In this document: piece by piece, positions 1-12,959 of the stretch
Layout: each line of letters opens with the position of its first letter
Numbering within the stretch: the stretch's first letter is position 1
Position numbers and translations under genes: made by a program
Notes under the pieces: generated by a model
Told to the model about the DNA's origin: nothing
Database searches by the model: none
Seen by the model: the letters and a program-made list of their open reading frames with translations, nothing else
NCBI GenBank assembly: GCA_002633005.1
Contig: NMRA01000197.1
Span: forward strand, 384,534 to 448,533
Direction: 5' to 3'
From: Phoronis australis
Lineage: Eukaryota > Animalia > Phoronida
Length of the DNA stretch: 64,000 nucleotides

Positions 1-1441
1 TTGTCCACGAATATAGTAACCTTAGGTCTTTTGGGAATTTGTGGCCACCTGTCGAAGACTTGCACCAGGGAAATTAGCAGTAATAAGGCTTAGCACGACG
101 ACGTATTTTGATAAAAATTCCATCTTTTACCAGTTGTTTACATGCAGACAGCCACGCATGCGCAATTCAATCACCACTAGTACAGCAGCGACACCGCGAG
201 GAGAATTCTCCGAATAGCCCCATTAAGAATGTACACTGAAAGCAGTATTCTGTAAACTTTATCTAAATTTGATGAAATACTTTGTAGTTTGTCAAGACTG
301 ATTTATGTAGGGCAGTGGCCACACAACTCTGTAGACTTTTGCACACACACACTTAAAATTCTTATGGCAATTGCACATTTTGTCCACACGTACAGTCATG
401 TACAATGTAGGTACTGAATGCATCAACCAAACTCGTTAACTTTAAAAAGTATCCTAAAGAGTGGATTTTTTAAAACGCTGTATTCACGGTTTTTGTGTCT
501 GAAGGCAAAAATACAACTTTTTGTAAGCACAGTTATTCCACTTCTGTAAACAAGATGAAAAGCTAACATCAAGATCGTAAATTGCTGCATGTGCTGTGGA
601 TTTTTAATAAAACGGAGCAGAACTTTATGTCTTGTGTGTTGACTGAAAAACGCAGAACACTGGCAAGAAGATATAGATCAAGCCTGACTGATTCATATTT
701 GGCCCCATAGTTGCATTTCCATCTAACACAAACAAAAAAGAAGAGTAGGTGGAGACCTCATTAAAAATGCAGGGTTTTCAAAATGAAAACGGTGTTGTAG
801 TGACTGGGACGCAGTCAATCTAACCTAACTTAATACAGTCACGAGTCAAAAATCAAATGTGAAGAAAACTTTCACGTCTTGTTATTCAAAAATTTTTGCA
901 TTTCATAATCATTTATTCAGTTACTGTGATTGCATTCAACCTTCGAATTAGTGGTGTATGGTTGCAAAGCTGAAAAATTGGGTTGGCTGACAGCTTTCCG
1001 CAATCAAGGCCAGCAATAAGAGTCAGCTGGGGAGTCGCCTTATGAGTCGGCAGTGCGGTCGGCTAAAAATTAGCAGGCCTGTCTCCCATTTTGTCGGCCA
1101 GTTAACGACCGGTCGTCAACTCCTGGTCCACTGGTCGGTCAAAAATTTGTGATGTGTGCTGTACACGTGCTATTCTTGATGTGTGAACTAGGCCAGTGTC
1201 CACCATCTTTATAACAGACTCACCCGCAAAATTAAACAGGCCAACAAACCTCATTTACATTAAGGTTTAATAAAAGTATGCCACGCGATTGATCAATTTT
1301 CAAGAAGAGCATCAACTGAAGTTTGGCCCAGAGAAGGGTGCTTAGACACACCTATTGGGAAACACATGATCACATCTTTGAATGGAATATTAAGCAGCGG
1401 CCCATGTGCTCTTAGAGAAGGTATTATTTTTCAATCACTAC

Positions 1442-2694
1442 CTGTCACAAACATGGGAAGTATGTCGGGACTGCCCCATGACCAGGTATACCGGCTCTCA
1501 TTAAACACAGAGTCAAACTCCACAGGGTTCTCCTTCCAACCTGCAGTAAACAATTAGGTAGTTACCACGACAACGAAACTAAACAAAGCTACATGGGTGA
1601 GAACAGTAAACTGCTAACAAATACATAAGTGAGTGTGTACACAGTAAGCAATTTTAATCTTTGAGTAATGCACTTCGAATCAATGTGTATGTTGTTCCTG
1701 GGTTACAAGTATCCTTTGGTAACAAGATAACCAATGACAGTTGACCTAGGACACTTAGTGACAGTTTACTTCATTACATTTAGTTTACATTTTAAGACAT
1801 CAATTTTCTGTGAACTCTATGCAAGATAAACACCAAGTTTGAATGTGTTTTTGTGGCAATAATGAGATTTTTCTCATACAATATTTTATCTCCCAACTGA
1901 TGGGGCCACCACATTTAACTTGAAAGTCACAGAGACCATGGAGATCGCAAGGACAAAATTTTGACAATCCAATTCAAACTGTGAACAGTCACATACTTGG
2001 GCAGTTAGATAAATATTGGGTCACAAACTGACAAACAACACCAATTGAATATCCATGCATTTAATAAAAAACACAACTTTATAGTAATTCACACTGCACT
2101 GCAACTTACCTTTAGCTACTGCACTCACATCTTCGTAGAAGCCAGCGATTAGGGCAACATGGCCAGGCCGTGATTCTGTCGGAACTCTTGTATGGGACAC
2201 ACCCCAAGCACCGTGTCTCATTACAACTTCACTACAGGAGAATTAAATGATTGTGCCTGACATGTGGTGAGGATACCTTATGTGATTTTTTTGGAAAACA
2301 CTAATTAATTAAATAATAATTGTAATAATAACAATAATAATCACAATAATATTTAACAAGTAACGCATCTGCTTTCTTCTTTCTTTAACCAAATTGGATT
2401 ACTAGTTGACTAATTATGGAAATAACGAACATAAATGCCATTTCTAAGTATAACAGAATGTAGAATTTACCGTAAGAAGGGAGCTCTTGTCTGACCATCA
2501 TTGTCCAGCTCAAATAACTTATCAGCACGAAGACCATCGGCTACGAACAAAACAACTCTTCTTGCTGGTGGCTTCAGGGGCGTCTTGTAGGGGGTCATGC
2601 CATGCACCAGAGGGGAAGTGAAGTAAATGTCAAAAATACTGTAGAGCAGGATCACGTGAACAAGGATACCACATACAACTAGGAGATAACCCAT
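1442..2694 (-). CDS. PIGN: GPI ethanolamine phosphate transferase 1 (PIG-N/Mcd4), first three coding exons; gene continues beyond the left edge of the window
   Basis: Exons 2694-2471, 2231-2110 and 1540-1442 have GT-AG junctions and consistent phases. They translate to [33 protein letters not shown]...[17 protein letters not shown]...[80 protein letters not shown], which are hallmark PIG-N motifs. An acceptor (tttctag) lies 2 nt before the ATG, implying an upstream non-coding exon. Confidence 0.96.
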
Positions 2695-2951
2695 AGCTAG
2701 AAATAAACAAAAAGTATTAGCAAAATAATTATGTTAATACCTAATTACACTTTCTGTACTACAGTGTACTTATGTTGAGGAAGTAATAAGTTGGAGACAT
2801 CACAATGATGGGGACAATGTGCTCTTTGAAAAACTTGACTGACTGCCATCATAGATGAGTACCTGCCATTCAAGTTCAGGTTTTCCATAGAATCATACGC
2901 ACGAGCATCGCATCTTATGCACGAACCTATGAATCATGCACCCAAGCCCAA

Positions 2952-3219
2952 ATGGTGAGTTACCAATTTTGGGAACTGAAAGAGGGAGTGCTTGAAGAAA
3001 AAGTTTTATAACGAGATTATATCTTCGAGTTGGAAGGAATTCAATACATCGATGGCCTCTTAAGATGTCCCTCTATGTGCAAAAGGTATTCATAACAATG
3101 TGACTTTGATGTTTTAGTCAGTGTGAGGCACAATTCACTGAAAAGCTTCCGGCGTATGAAGCTCCTATAGGAGCTCCACCGTCTCTACTGGGCCAGCTAG
3201 AGACGGTGATCACTGTCTA
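2952..3219. mobile_element. Diverged single terminal inverted repeat of the Mutator-like family below
   Basis: Aligns by eye to the right TIR of the 3229-4150 and 5041-5941 copies with many substitutions. It ends in ...cactgtcta where the younger copies end in ...cattgccta. Confidence 0.8.
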
Positions 3220-3228
3220 CAAACCCAC

Positions 3229-4150
3229 TAGGCAATGTTGGCCCGAACCAGAGGCGATGCAGAGGCTATTGGCGCTCTGTACGCCGGAAGCTTTTCGGCG
3301 AATTATGCCTCGCACCAACTAAACCATCAAAGTCACGATGTTATAAATACCTTTTGCGCATAGAGGAACACCTTAGGAGGTTGTCAATGCGTTTAATTCC
3401 TTCCAACTCGAACAAATACTCCTGTTATCAAACTTTTTCTTCGAGCAGTCCCTATTTCAGTTCCCAAAATCGTGAAATCAACATTTTCATTTTTTTAACC
3501 AGGCCGAAGGTCAGAAGTTGCGGACCTACCGGTGAACTTTGAAAGCTGAAGTTTCCGCCCTTCGCGTACGTGCTGCCGGGAACCAGCCATGCATTTGCCG
3601 TGTTGTTAAACATTAAAATGTCAAATATGTGCACAAAGACTATTAAATGTCATATCAAAAGCATTTATTTTTATCAAATACAAACAATAATTCATTGAAA
3701 TACAATCAGTTTCAAGTAACGCCAATTAAAGACAACTTGTATAAGTGGTGGCATTTTGGAAATGAACATTTGACTGACAAGACCGCAATGGCTCACCTTT
3801 GGCCTATTTAAAGATTGAGGTCATGAAGTCACATCACCTAGCGAGCGCGGTAAAAATTGGAGCGTGCGCAGTATAAAAATGGTGAGTTCACGATTTTGGG
3901 AACTGAAATACGGACTGCTCGAAGAAAAAGTTTGATAATGGGAGTATTTGTTCGAGTTTGGAGGAATTAAACACATCGACAACCTCCTCAGGTGTTCCTC
4001 TATGCGCAAAAGCCGGTATTTATAACAACGTGACTCTGATGGTTTAGTCGGTGCGAGGCATAATTCGCCGAAAAGCTTCCGGCGTACAGAGCGCCTATAG
4101 CCTCTGCATCGCCTCTGGTTCGGGCCAACAGAGGCGATGGTCATTGCCTA
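3229..4150. mobile_element. Non-autonomous Mutator-like (MULE) element, copy 1
   Basis: TIRs of ~270 bp (TAGGCAATG...CATTGCCTA), with a short deletion in the left TIR. Exact 9-bp TSD caaacccac at 3220-3228 and 4151-4159. Confidence 0.9.
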
Positions 4151-4159
4151 CAAACCCAC

Positions 4160-4460
4160 CTGCTCTGGCTCTGGCTGTCAGAAAATAAATTTTTGAGTAA
4201 GAAATTAGACCACTTTCCGTTATTGCCTGGTCGGCAGTGGATTAAGTCAGAGCACAGGTACTGTTATCAGCCGCTCGCCGTTATATATAATAGGTAGATG
4301 ACAGTGTCATACAGTGGTTGATTAAAGTCAAACAAAGGAGCCGGTCTGTGTGGAACAGTTCAAGTTCAACACTAGAACTAGGATTGTCAAAAGAACGTTG
4401 AACGCGAGATCATAAAGAGACCGTTCACCTGATTTGTACAGCGTCTTAGAGTAAGCGTGA
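4160..4460. promoter_or_regulatory. Putative bidirectional promoter / non-coding first exons for PIGN (-) and the four-repeat gene (+)
   Basis: Locally CpG-rich. Donor-like cag|gtgggt on the - strand at 4160/4159 and aga|gtaagc on the + strand at 4450/4451. Both genes have an acceptor just before their ATG and so need an upstream exon. Inference only. Confidence 0.4.
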
Positions 4461-5040
4461 CGTGTGAAATTTAAAACAACTTCATGGCGACAAATTACAG
4501 CAATTTGAAACCGATGATTAACTAAAACAACGTTCAAAACAAATTCCCCGGCACGCACATTTGCGGAAAAAGAGAAAATGCGACCTCTATTGTCAAAGAA
4601 ATAAGGCTGTGAAATATCAAGCAAACAACATTTTCTCACATATAAAAGTTAGTTACAATTAGTTTCTAAATTATTAAGTAATAATAGAGAGTTGGAGATT
4701 TTTTTAACAAAAACATCTTAATGTAACAGAAAATTTAATACTGGCGTTGTTTAGAGATTTATTGAGCGCCCTCTGCCTGCCGTTTTGAGAACAACATAAA
4801 CAAGTTTTCTCCAACCGTGTGCAACAGGTCAGTACAGTTTTACCAAATCTCTTCATTACTATTAGGTTTTTTGTCGGCAGTTTCGTGTTTTTTTCAATCT
4901 TTACTAAGATATGTGAACTTATTTGCCAGTCAGTGATTCAGTCACTCAGTCTTTATCTACATCTTGTAAAACATACTTAGAACTCATAATTTATATGTAG
5001 GCTATGACTATGTTATGGACTTCCATAGCCAGCCAGCTAG

Positions 5041-5941
5041 TAGGCAATGACCATCGCCTCTGTTGGCCCGAAGCAGAGGCGATGTAGAGGCTATAGGCGC
5101 TCTGTACGCCGGAAGCTTTTCGGCGAATTATGCCTCGCACCGACTAAACCATCAAAGTCACGTTGTTACAAATACCTTTTGCGCATAGAGGAACACCTTA
5201 GGAGGTTGTCGATGTGTTTAATTCCTTCCAACTCGAACAAATACTCCCGTTATGAAACTTTTTCTTCGAGCAGTCCCTATTTCAGTTCCCAAAATCGTGA
5301 ACTCAACTTTTTCATTTTTTTTAACCAGGCCGAAGGTCAGAAGTTGCGGACCTACCGGCGAACTTTGAAAGCTGAAGTTCCCGCCCTTCGCGTACGTGCT
5401 GCCGGGAACCAGCCGTGCATTTGCCGTGTTGTTAAACATTAAAATGTCAAATATGTGCAAAAAGACTATTAAATGTCATATCAACAGCATTTGTTTTTAT
5501 CAAATACAAACAATGATTCATTGAAATACAATCAGTTTCAAGTAACGCCAATTAAAGACAAGTATAAGTGGTGGCATTCTGGAAACGAACATTTGACTGC
5601 CAAGACCGCAATGGCTCACCTTTGGCCTATTTAAAGATTGAGGTCATGAATTGGAGCGTGCGCAGTATAAAAAAGTTGAGTTCACGATTTTGGGAACTGA
5701 AATAGGGACTGCTCGAAGAAAAAGTTTCATAACGGGAGTATTTGTTCGAGTTGGAAGGAATTAAACACATCGACAACCTCCTAAGGTGTTCGTCTATGCG
5801 CAAAAGGTATTTATAACAACGTGACTTTGATGGTTTAGTCGGTGCGAGGCATAATTCGCCGAAAAGCTTCCGGCGTACAGAGCGCCTATAGCCTCTACAT
5901 CGCCTCTGCTTCGGGCCAACAGAGGCGATGGTCATTGCCTA
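5041..5941. mobile_element. Non-autonomous Mutator-like (MULE) element, copy 2
   Basis: Near-perfect ~270-bp TIRs (5041-~5312 and ~5670-5941). Exact 9-bp TSD gccagctag at 5032-5040 and 5942-5950. Internal segment nearly identical to copy 1. Confidence 0.92.
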
Positions 5942-7828
5942 GCCAGCTAGCTGTATGATGACTGTCGTCAAAATAATAATATACAGCTTTGTACCAAGGC
6001 TAGGACTTCCACTGCCTTCTATTCAGTATTAATAAAATGTGCCCCAAGTCTTTTGAGGTTCTCAATCTCGTGTGTGCACACTCTTGCGAATTACTTGCTA
6101 CCCTTTGACTGACTTTTGCTTGAGTCATGACATGACCCCTTGGAGACAGCATAGATTAGGGACCCGAGTGTCTAGTGGGTGTCTCAATCACAGACACAAT
6201 GTAAATCTGCTGTCAGTCACAATGTACAAATAGATGTATTGGTGTTTTGTAAATATGGCTAAACAATTCAAGTAGAGATCCTGGTTTTATGTGGCAACAA
6301 AAACAAATGGAATTCATGGAATCGGGGATTTTGAGCAGGATTTCCATATTTTTAGTAGCAGATACTGTAATTCTAATATACAAGTTTGTTTTTTTAGTTA
6401 CTAATAATTAAGGATCTAATGATCAAGTAGTCATTCATTCTTTTTGAAGGTAAAACAGTGCGTGCAGTAAGTTATTTGTAAAACAAAAGCTGTGGCACAT
6501 TTAATCAGAAAAAATTAAGGCAATTCCAAAAACATATCAGTTATTTGTCACTTTAAAATTATGTAAATTGAAATTTTATAATTTATGAAACAAAAAGAGT
6601 TTTATGTTTGTCAAAATTGATTGTTTTTTTTAAAACAAAACCATGGTCCGTGACCACCAATCCTATAAATTACTCAGAAACAATTTTAAGTCCAACTTGT
6701 ACTCACTAGGATAATACTCAAGGAAATGGCAACCACCAAACTTAACTTTAGGTTGGAAAATTTTAAGTCATTAGTAAACAGTAAACACTGCTATCTGGGC
6801 TATAATATCATATGATTCAACCTGTCTAGCTTTCAGGAACATAGACACCAATGCAAAACTTGTGTTCTTACTGACTGCTGAAGGCAATTATGATACCCCA
6901 TGTTCTGTTAGTGAGGGACAATGCGGCTTATGGGATAAACTCAAATGCACTAAAATGAAGACACCTGCCACATTACTAACCCGTTTTTGTGAGCTTACAA
7001 TGCTATAACATCACCATCTTGGGTAACTTCAAACATGAAATATATACTGTGTAGCGAGAAAAAAAAAGATTTATCAGAACTGGGTTGGAACCGCACAACT
7101 GCATGGATATTTGTTTACTACTTATCTGAGGTCAAATGTTACATGGCTGTCACTCAAATTGAATCTCCCGCCAGGTACAGAGCAGCTTTGTATGTACCCT
7201 TAGTCCTTACAGTCACTGAGTCGCCACAATATCTAGTCAACGAGGTGTATAGAACAGTGCTGAAGAAAACAAAGACAAAACATAGTTTTGATCCTGAGGT
7301 AGTTGTTTGTCTACACTCTGCATGCTTACGACCATTGAAAAAAAATGCTTTGAGTCGCTTCAGGCCTTTGTGGTCACGAACACATCAAGTTGTGAAGAGA
7401 GATAAATCCTCACCCAAATTCTTTAATTTTCGACATTTCACTGTTTCGATCTCATGCTAACGGCGGTTTATCTCACCTCTTGGCTGGGAATGGTAAAAAG
7501 AGTTAATGTTTTAGTGTTAATTAAGTTAATTACTCACTACAGATTGACATTGCGAGCTAACATGGTTAAAGCATGTATAGGTTATATTGAACGAAAACAA
7601 TTTTTCACCAGATAATTAACCGAAAACCTTGAGATTTTCACTCGTCCTAGTTTAATCGGCTTTTTCTCGGCTTCAGAAAATCGACTTAATTTGAACTTAG
7701 GAACACAAGTTCTAGAAATTGGTTTGGTGGATTTCGCTGAAACTTTCCAAACTTAATATTTATTCATCAGTCTCAAAAATGTTGACATTAGGTTTTTCGA
7801 TGTATTGGCCTAGTTTTTGCGTAATGTA

Positions 7829-9335
7829 CCGTAATCGTTCGGGTTAACGCCCATGCTCAGTTAACCGCCCATCCCCGACTTTAAGTTGATTTCCGATTTA
7901 ACCGCCCACTGCTCGGTTAAGCGCCCCCCTGCGATTTTTGAAGATTTCCAGTTAAGCGCCCACCTCTCGGTTAAGCGCCCATCCCGACTTTTAAAGAATG
8001 AAGATTTAGCGCCTAGTGCTAAGGAAACACGCGATTCCCCGACTTTTAGAAAAAGATCGATGATCACAATGAGTGCAACGACGCCGGGACTCCCAGACGG
8101 TGGTTTAGCAATCTGAATCACAATACAGGTAGAGTTATTGTCTTGGGTCATGAACTCACTTCAAAATACTTGAACCTTTTTGTCACTTTATTTTCTTCCC
8201 TTGTTTGCAAAGTTTAAGAACGCCGCCGGCGTCAAAACCTCCGCTTTCAGCGACTTTGTCTGCCGCACTGAGTTTCCNNNNNNNNNNNNNNNNNNNNNNN
8301 NNNNNNNNNNNNNNNNNNNNNNNNNNNNNNNNNNNNNNNNNNNNNNNNNNNNNNNNNNNNNNNNNNNNNNNNNNNNNNNNNNNNNNNNNNNNNNNNNNNN
8401 NNNNNNNNNNNNNNNNNNNNNNNNNNNNNNNNNNNNNNNNNNNNNNNNNNNNNNNNNNNNNNNNNNNNNNNNNNNNNNNNNNNNNNNNNNNNNNNNNNNN
8501 NNNNNNNNNNNNNNNNNNNNNNNNNNNNNNNNNNNNNNNNNNNNNNNNNNNNNNNNNNNNNNNNNNNNNNNNNNNNNNNNNNNNNNNNNNNNNNNNNNNN
8601 NNNNNNNNNNNNNNNNNNNNNNNNNNNNNNNNNNNNNNNNNNNNNNNNNNNNNNNNNNNNNNNNNNNNNNNNNNNNNNNNNNNNNNNNNNNNNNNNNNNN
8701 NNNNNNNNNNNNNNNNNNNNNNNNNNNNNNNNNNNNNNNNNNAAAAAAAAACAGCAGAGTTTTTCAAACTTTTATTACAACCAATTTTAAAACTGCTCTC
8801 TGACTCAGAACTTGACAGCTACATATAGTACGAGACCATAAATTTGATGTCTGACCTCTGCAACACGTGAAGCTTGCACGCGCGCACTTAAGCAGGGTCA
8901 CATCTTGAAACAGTTTTATTCTAGTGGAGGCTGCGTGGTCACAGGTCGTGTGCGCACCGCAGGACGGCACGGGGCTATTACTCAGCAATTTTGTAAATTT
9001 AATAGTGAATGACTAATCTGAGGGCAAGAGAACCTTTGTTGGGATCATCCGCTGTTATGACGTTTTCACAGTCATTTAGCGACGTGACGATAAAGCTCTT
9101 TGAAAAGGGCTACGCGTTCCGAGTATGAGTGTCGTGTCGGGATTTAGATCGCCAGGTAAGATTAACCGCCCAGGGCGGTTGACTGTCGTAATAAGCGCCC
9201 ATGTTCGGTTAACCGCCCATCCCCTACTTTAGGTGGATTTTCGATTTAACCGCCCACTGCTCGGTTAACCGCCCTCCCCCGATTTTTTGGGTTCGCCAAT
9301 TTAACCGCCCAGGGCGTTAACCCGAACGATTACGG
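7829..9335. mobile_element. Tc1/mariner (pogo/Tigger-like) non-autonomous element spanning an assembly gap
   Basis: TIR CCGTAATCGTTCGGGTTAACGCCC ... GGGCGTTAACCCGAACGATTACGG flanked by TA on both sides. Subterminal repeats of ttaaccgccc/ttaagcgccc at both ends. Confidence 0.85.
8278..8742. other. Assembly gap (N run)
   Basis: Run of N. Confidence 1.
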
Positions 9336-10146
9336 TAACAAAGAAGAATACAACTTTTATTTTTTACAAAATTAAAATACCTTACATTTTGGGGGTTGAT
9401 TTGTCATAGAAACCAAACAAAAAGACTAATCGAATCCTAACAGTGTTTTTGAGGTAACTGGTGAAGTTTTCATTTAAAAAAAGTTTCATTAAAATCGACT
9501 GAGGGGTTATTTTGCTATGAATGTACTTTTCTTAAAAATGAAATTTTGACGTAAAAAAGGTGTTAGTGTAATAATAATAATAGTGGTACATAAATATAAA
9601 ACATATTTTTATAATATTCTCTGTTGACAAAGCTTAAAGTTTTTGATATGAAAGCCATTGAATAAGGTTTGATATAACATTAACCCAACTATATGTAAAC
9701 ATGTCATCTTAATACTTTTCTGATTACAGTGCACTGTTGATAAACAGTGCACTGTTGATAAACAGTAGGTGGTTGTTGGCAAAAGTCACTCTAGTTACTT
9801 ACTTGTCTTTCAGCCATAAATTTCCTGTGTAGGTTGCATGTGGTTTTACTAAACAAGTCAAGTTTAAATTAAACTTGTTTGTCACAAACTGTTGTAGAGG
9901 CTACTTTTATTTCAACATCACATTTGAACAGTTTGCACATATGGAATACAGGGCTTTAGTTTTCACAAATGTGTTGTGTTGGCAACAAATTGTAAACTGA
10001 AAATAAAACTCTTCAGGATTTTTGGCATAAAATGACATTTTGTAAAAATTTAAATTCAAAACTAAGACTTAAACACTATAAGACTTTAAGACAAGACTAT
10101 CCGGTATAGAAAACAATAATAATTGTAAGTCACAAAATAGGTAGTT

Positions 10147-10769
10147 CAGCGTTCGACGCTTAGCTAAACGACAAGTCGCATTTGGCGACCTGGCAAAAAT
10201 CCCAGGTCGCGAAATCTGAGGTCGCCAAAACTGGAAATCTGCAGTGCTTACGAATTCTGGGGATCTTATTCAGCTTCAAACTTCGTTGACCAAAAATAAA
10301 ATCGGACGGTCCGTCATGCCTCTCGCCGCTCTGAATTTTGCCCATGAATGCTATGCTAATTGCTCATTGGCTAACTCCACTTACTTCATTATTCCTCCTG
10401 CTGATGACCGACAAATGAGCTTGAAACTGATGGCACAAATTTCGCCAATCAAACTGCCTGATTTTTGCCGAACAATTCTGACTTCTGTCCGTTTACTTCC
10501 TGTTGTAATTTAAACGTGGTGGCAAATGTGCTGAATTCGCGAAATAAACGGAACAATTGTGAACGAAGGTAGTAAACTTAGGAAAACTCAGGCTGTTAGT
10601 AATGTAATGTTTGGAAATCAACACGAACCTTGAAATGAATTTAGGGGGAATTATTGTCTGACTTTGATACTCGCAGTGGTGACCTCGTTGCATCTTGGAA
10701 TTTTTCCCATATTGCCAAACACAATCTGAGGTCGCATTGGCCACCTGCAGGTCGCCAAATCAAACGCTG
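10147..10769. mobile_element. Probable hAT-like MITE
   Basis: Ends cagcgttcga...tcaaacgctg with subterminal tttggcgacctg / caggtcgccaaa repeats. CpG-rich against an AT-rich background. No clear TSD. Confidence 0.5.
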
Positions 10770-12312
10770 CAGTTAAGTTTTAAATTTAAGACTTTTAACT
10801 CTCAAAAGACATACGTAAATTTCGCTCCACATAACTTTTTGTGAAAGATGATTAAACCTCACTTTTCATGAACCAGAGCCAGACAAGGGAGGACACAGGA
10901 TAGATAAGGGGAACTGCCTACCTCTTGGTTCCATGACCTCAATCAGACAGACCTAACAAACAAGTGAATCTGGAAAACCACATCATTACAAGAACCAATA
11001 GGCAAAGTGATTCAGATTTAAGAAATTTTGATGACAGCTGAACCCTCTAATATGTTTTAACCAGCATAAAAAGATAGCTTGGTCAGATAAGAAACACTTC
11101 AGGCTGTTCTGGCTAGCAGTTGTGGAATGTTGTTTAATACTGACAAATGACTATTGGATATAGGATGTCGTATGGGGGTCAACTGCAATTTCTGAAGGAA
11201 AAATCTCCCTAGCAGTAAGCGTAGGGCATTTTTTCCTGTGTACGTAAAGAGGGTGAGGGCTTGGTCCCCTGGGAGCCCCTAATTCTGCTTGTGAACGGAC
11301 AGAATGTAAAGTGTTTTCACATTTGAGTGAGTGTGAATGAATTAGCCAAACAACCTTTCCTTCCAACCCTCCCCCCACCCCCCACCCCCCACCCACACAT
11401 ACTTATTTCACCCCCTTGGTCATCACCAATCATATTGCCCAACAAATCTTACAGTTTCCCTATGAGAGTCCTTTCCTCTTCACTCCCTCAACATCAAAAT
11501 GTTATTTTCAAGCATCAAAATCCTGTTTTAGCATAGTTGATATCTCTTTATCATCCTATGTGTGAAAGGCAACTAGTGAATTAAACACAAGGAGAAATTT
11601 GTTTGAGTTAACGATTTGAAATTATTTTACTGAAATCACTGAAGATCATCAGTAAAGATAACTCTTAGCACTGTCATGTCACAAATGTAATTCGGTAAAA
11701 AGTCGGAAAGCATGTCATCATGAATTAAACACAATAAAAGGATAATGTTTCTGGAAGTGTAGAGCTTGACTTTTCACAGTTGATTGAGTCATGTGACCAT
11801 GTGTTTTGGTAAAATTTAACCAAAAAAGAAAGGTTATTGGTAACAAAACAATGGTATCAATAAAATGACCATATTGCATGTAATATAAATGAGTTCAAGA
11901 TGAAATCTTAAAAATTTTAATACATTTTTCTAAATTATCATTTTGTTCTTATTTTATGTAACTTCATATTTTTTCATAAAAATCTTAAGATGTCCGTCAT
12001 GTGTAAAACTGGAACATTTCAAAAACAACTTGTCATAGATCAGTGCATAAAGTATGGCATCTCAAAGTTTCTTATGAATGTGATCAGCCATTTCTGAGAT
12101 CCGATGTTCCAAAAGTAGCCAAATTTGGACATTTTTCTAGTGAAATATATAAAATATCAACATTACACTTAGTCTAGTCTTTACTACAGTAGATTTTTTT
12201 GTATTTTAAAGGAATAGTTGCCAATAAAATCACTTGGAATAATCTTGGAAACTGAAATGTAGTTGTTTTACATAAGTATATATTAAGAACCATTAGTTCT
12301 TTGCCACAGTAA

Positions 12313-12450
12313 GCAGGTATGTGTCTACTTAGTCACAGTGGTGGAGCAGGTATGTGTCTACTTAGTCACAGTGGTGGACCAGGTATGTGTCTACTTAGTC
12401 ACAGTGGTGGAGCAGGTATGTGTCTACTTAGTCACAGTGGTGGAGCAGGT
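12313..12450. repeat. 33-bp minisatellite, ~4 copies
   Basis: Unit gcaggtatgtgtctacttagtcacagtggtgga. Confidence 0.95.
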
Positions 12451-12959
12451 CAGACACATTCCTCCCCAGACTCACCATTTGTTTATAACATGTTGAGTGA
12501 CTCCCACATATGTTCTGAGCCTCTGTGATTACTGGTTGTAAGTGGTTCATTGAGATTACACTGCTCAGATGTCAGTCAGCTGCATGCTATTTATGGAATT
12601 GTTGTGCATGAGGAGGCACAGCCAGTTGTGTGTAGACAAACCAGGAGGACATTGGTCTGTGAACCTTATCTGTACTATTGTTGAACCAATAACCTGGTTT
12701 CAGGTGAGATTTTTTGTTTTGGCTTTCTTTACTTGACATGAAATGTATAGTTAATGTAGGAATGTTAGGTATTTGTTACCCATTTATGATATTTACTAGT
12801 ATGTGGTGTTCAAAAGTGTTGGAAAATGGAAAAGATTTCTGTATCATACATTGATATCCTCTACTCCACTCCACTTGTTGTCCACAGAATGTCTGCGGTG
12901 GAAGTTTTTAAGCATACACATAACATAGTCCCTGGTCTCTTGTGCAATGTTTTGTTCTC

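Noticed and set aside
1-1441. Further PIGN exons
   Set aside because: No segment matching the expected next PIG-N peptide was found. The region appears intronic.
3192-3200. The 9-mer gccagctag in the old TIR hairpin is identical to the TSD of MULE copy 2
   Set aside because: A single 9-bp match with no mechanism or second example. Treated as coincidence.
3354-5935. Several near-identical ORFs (MTIASVGP..RRCRGYRRSVRRKLFGELCLAP...) resembling a small gene family
   Set aside because: They are chance frames within the TIRs of the Mutator-like copies, with indels between copies and no recognisable domain.
8180-8828. Long ORFs containing X (also 47570-48145)
   Set aside because: They are open only because they cross N gaps.
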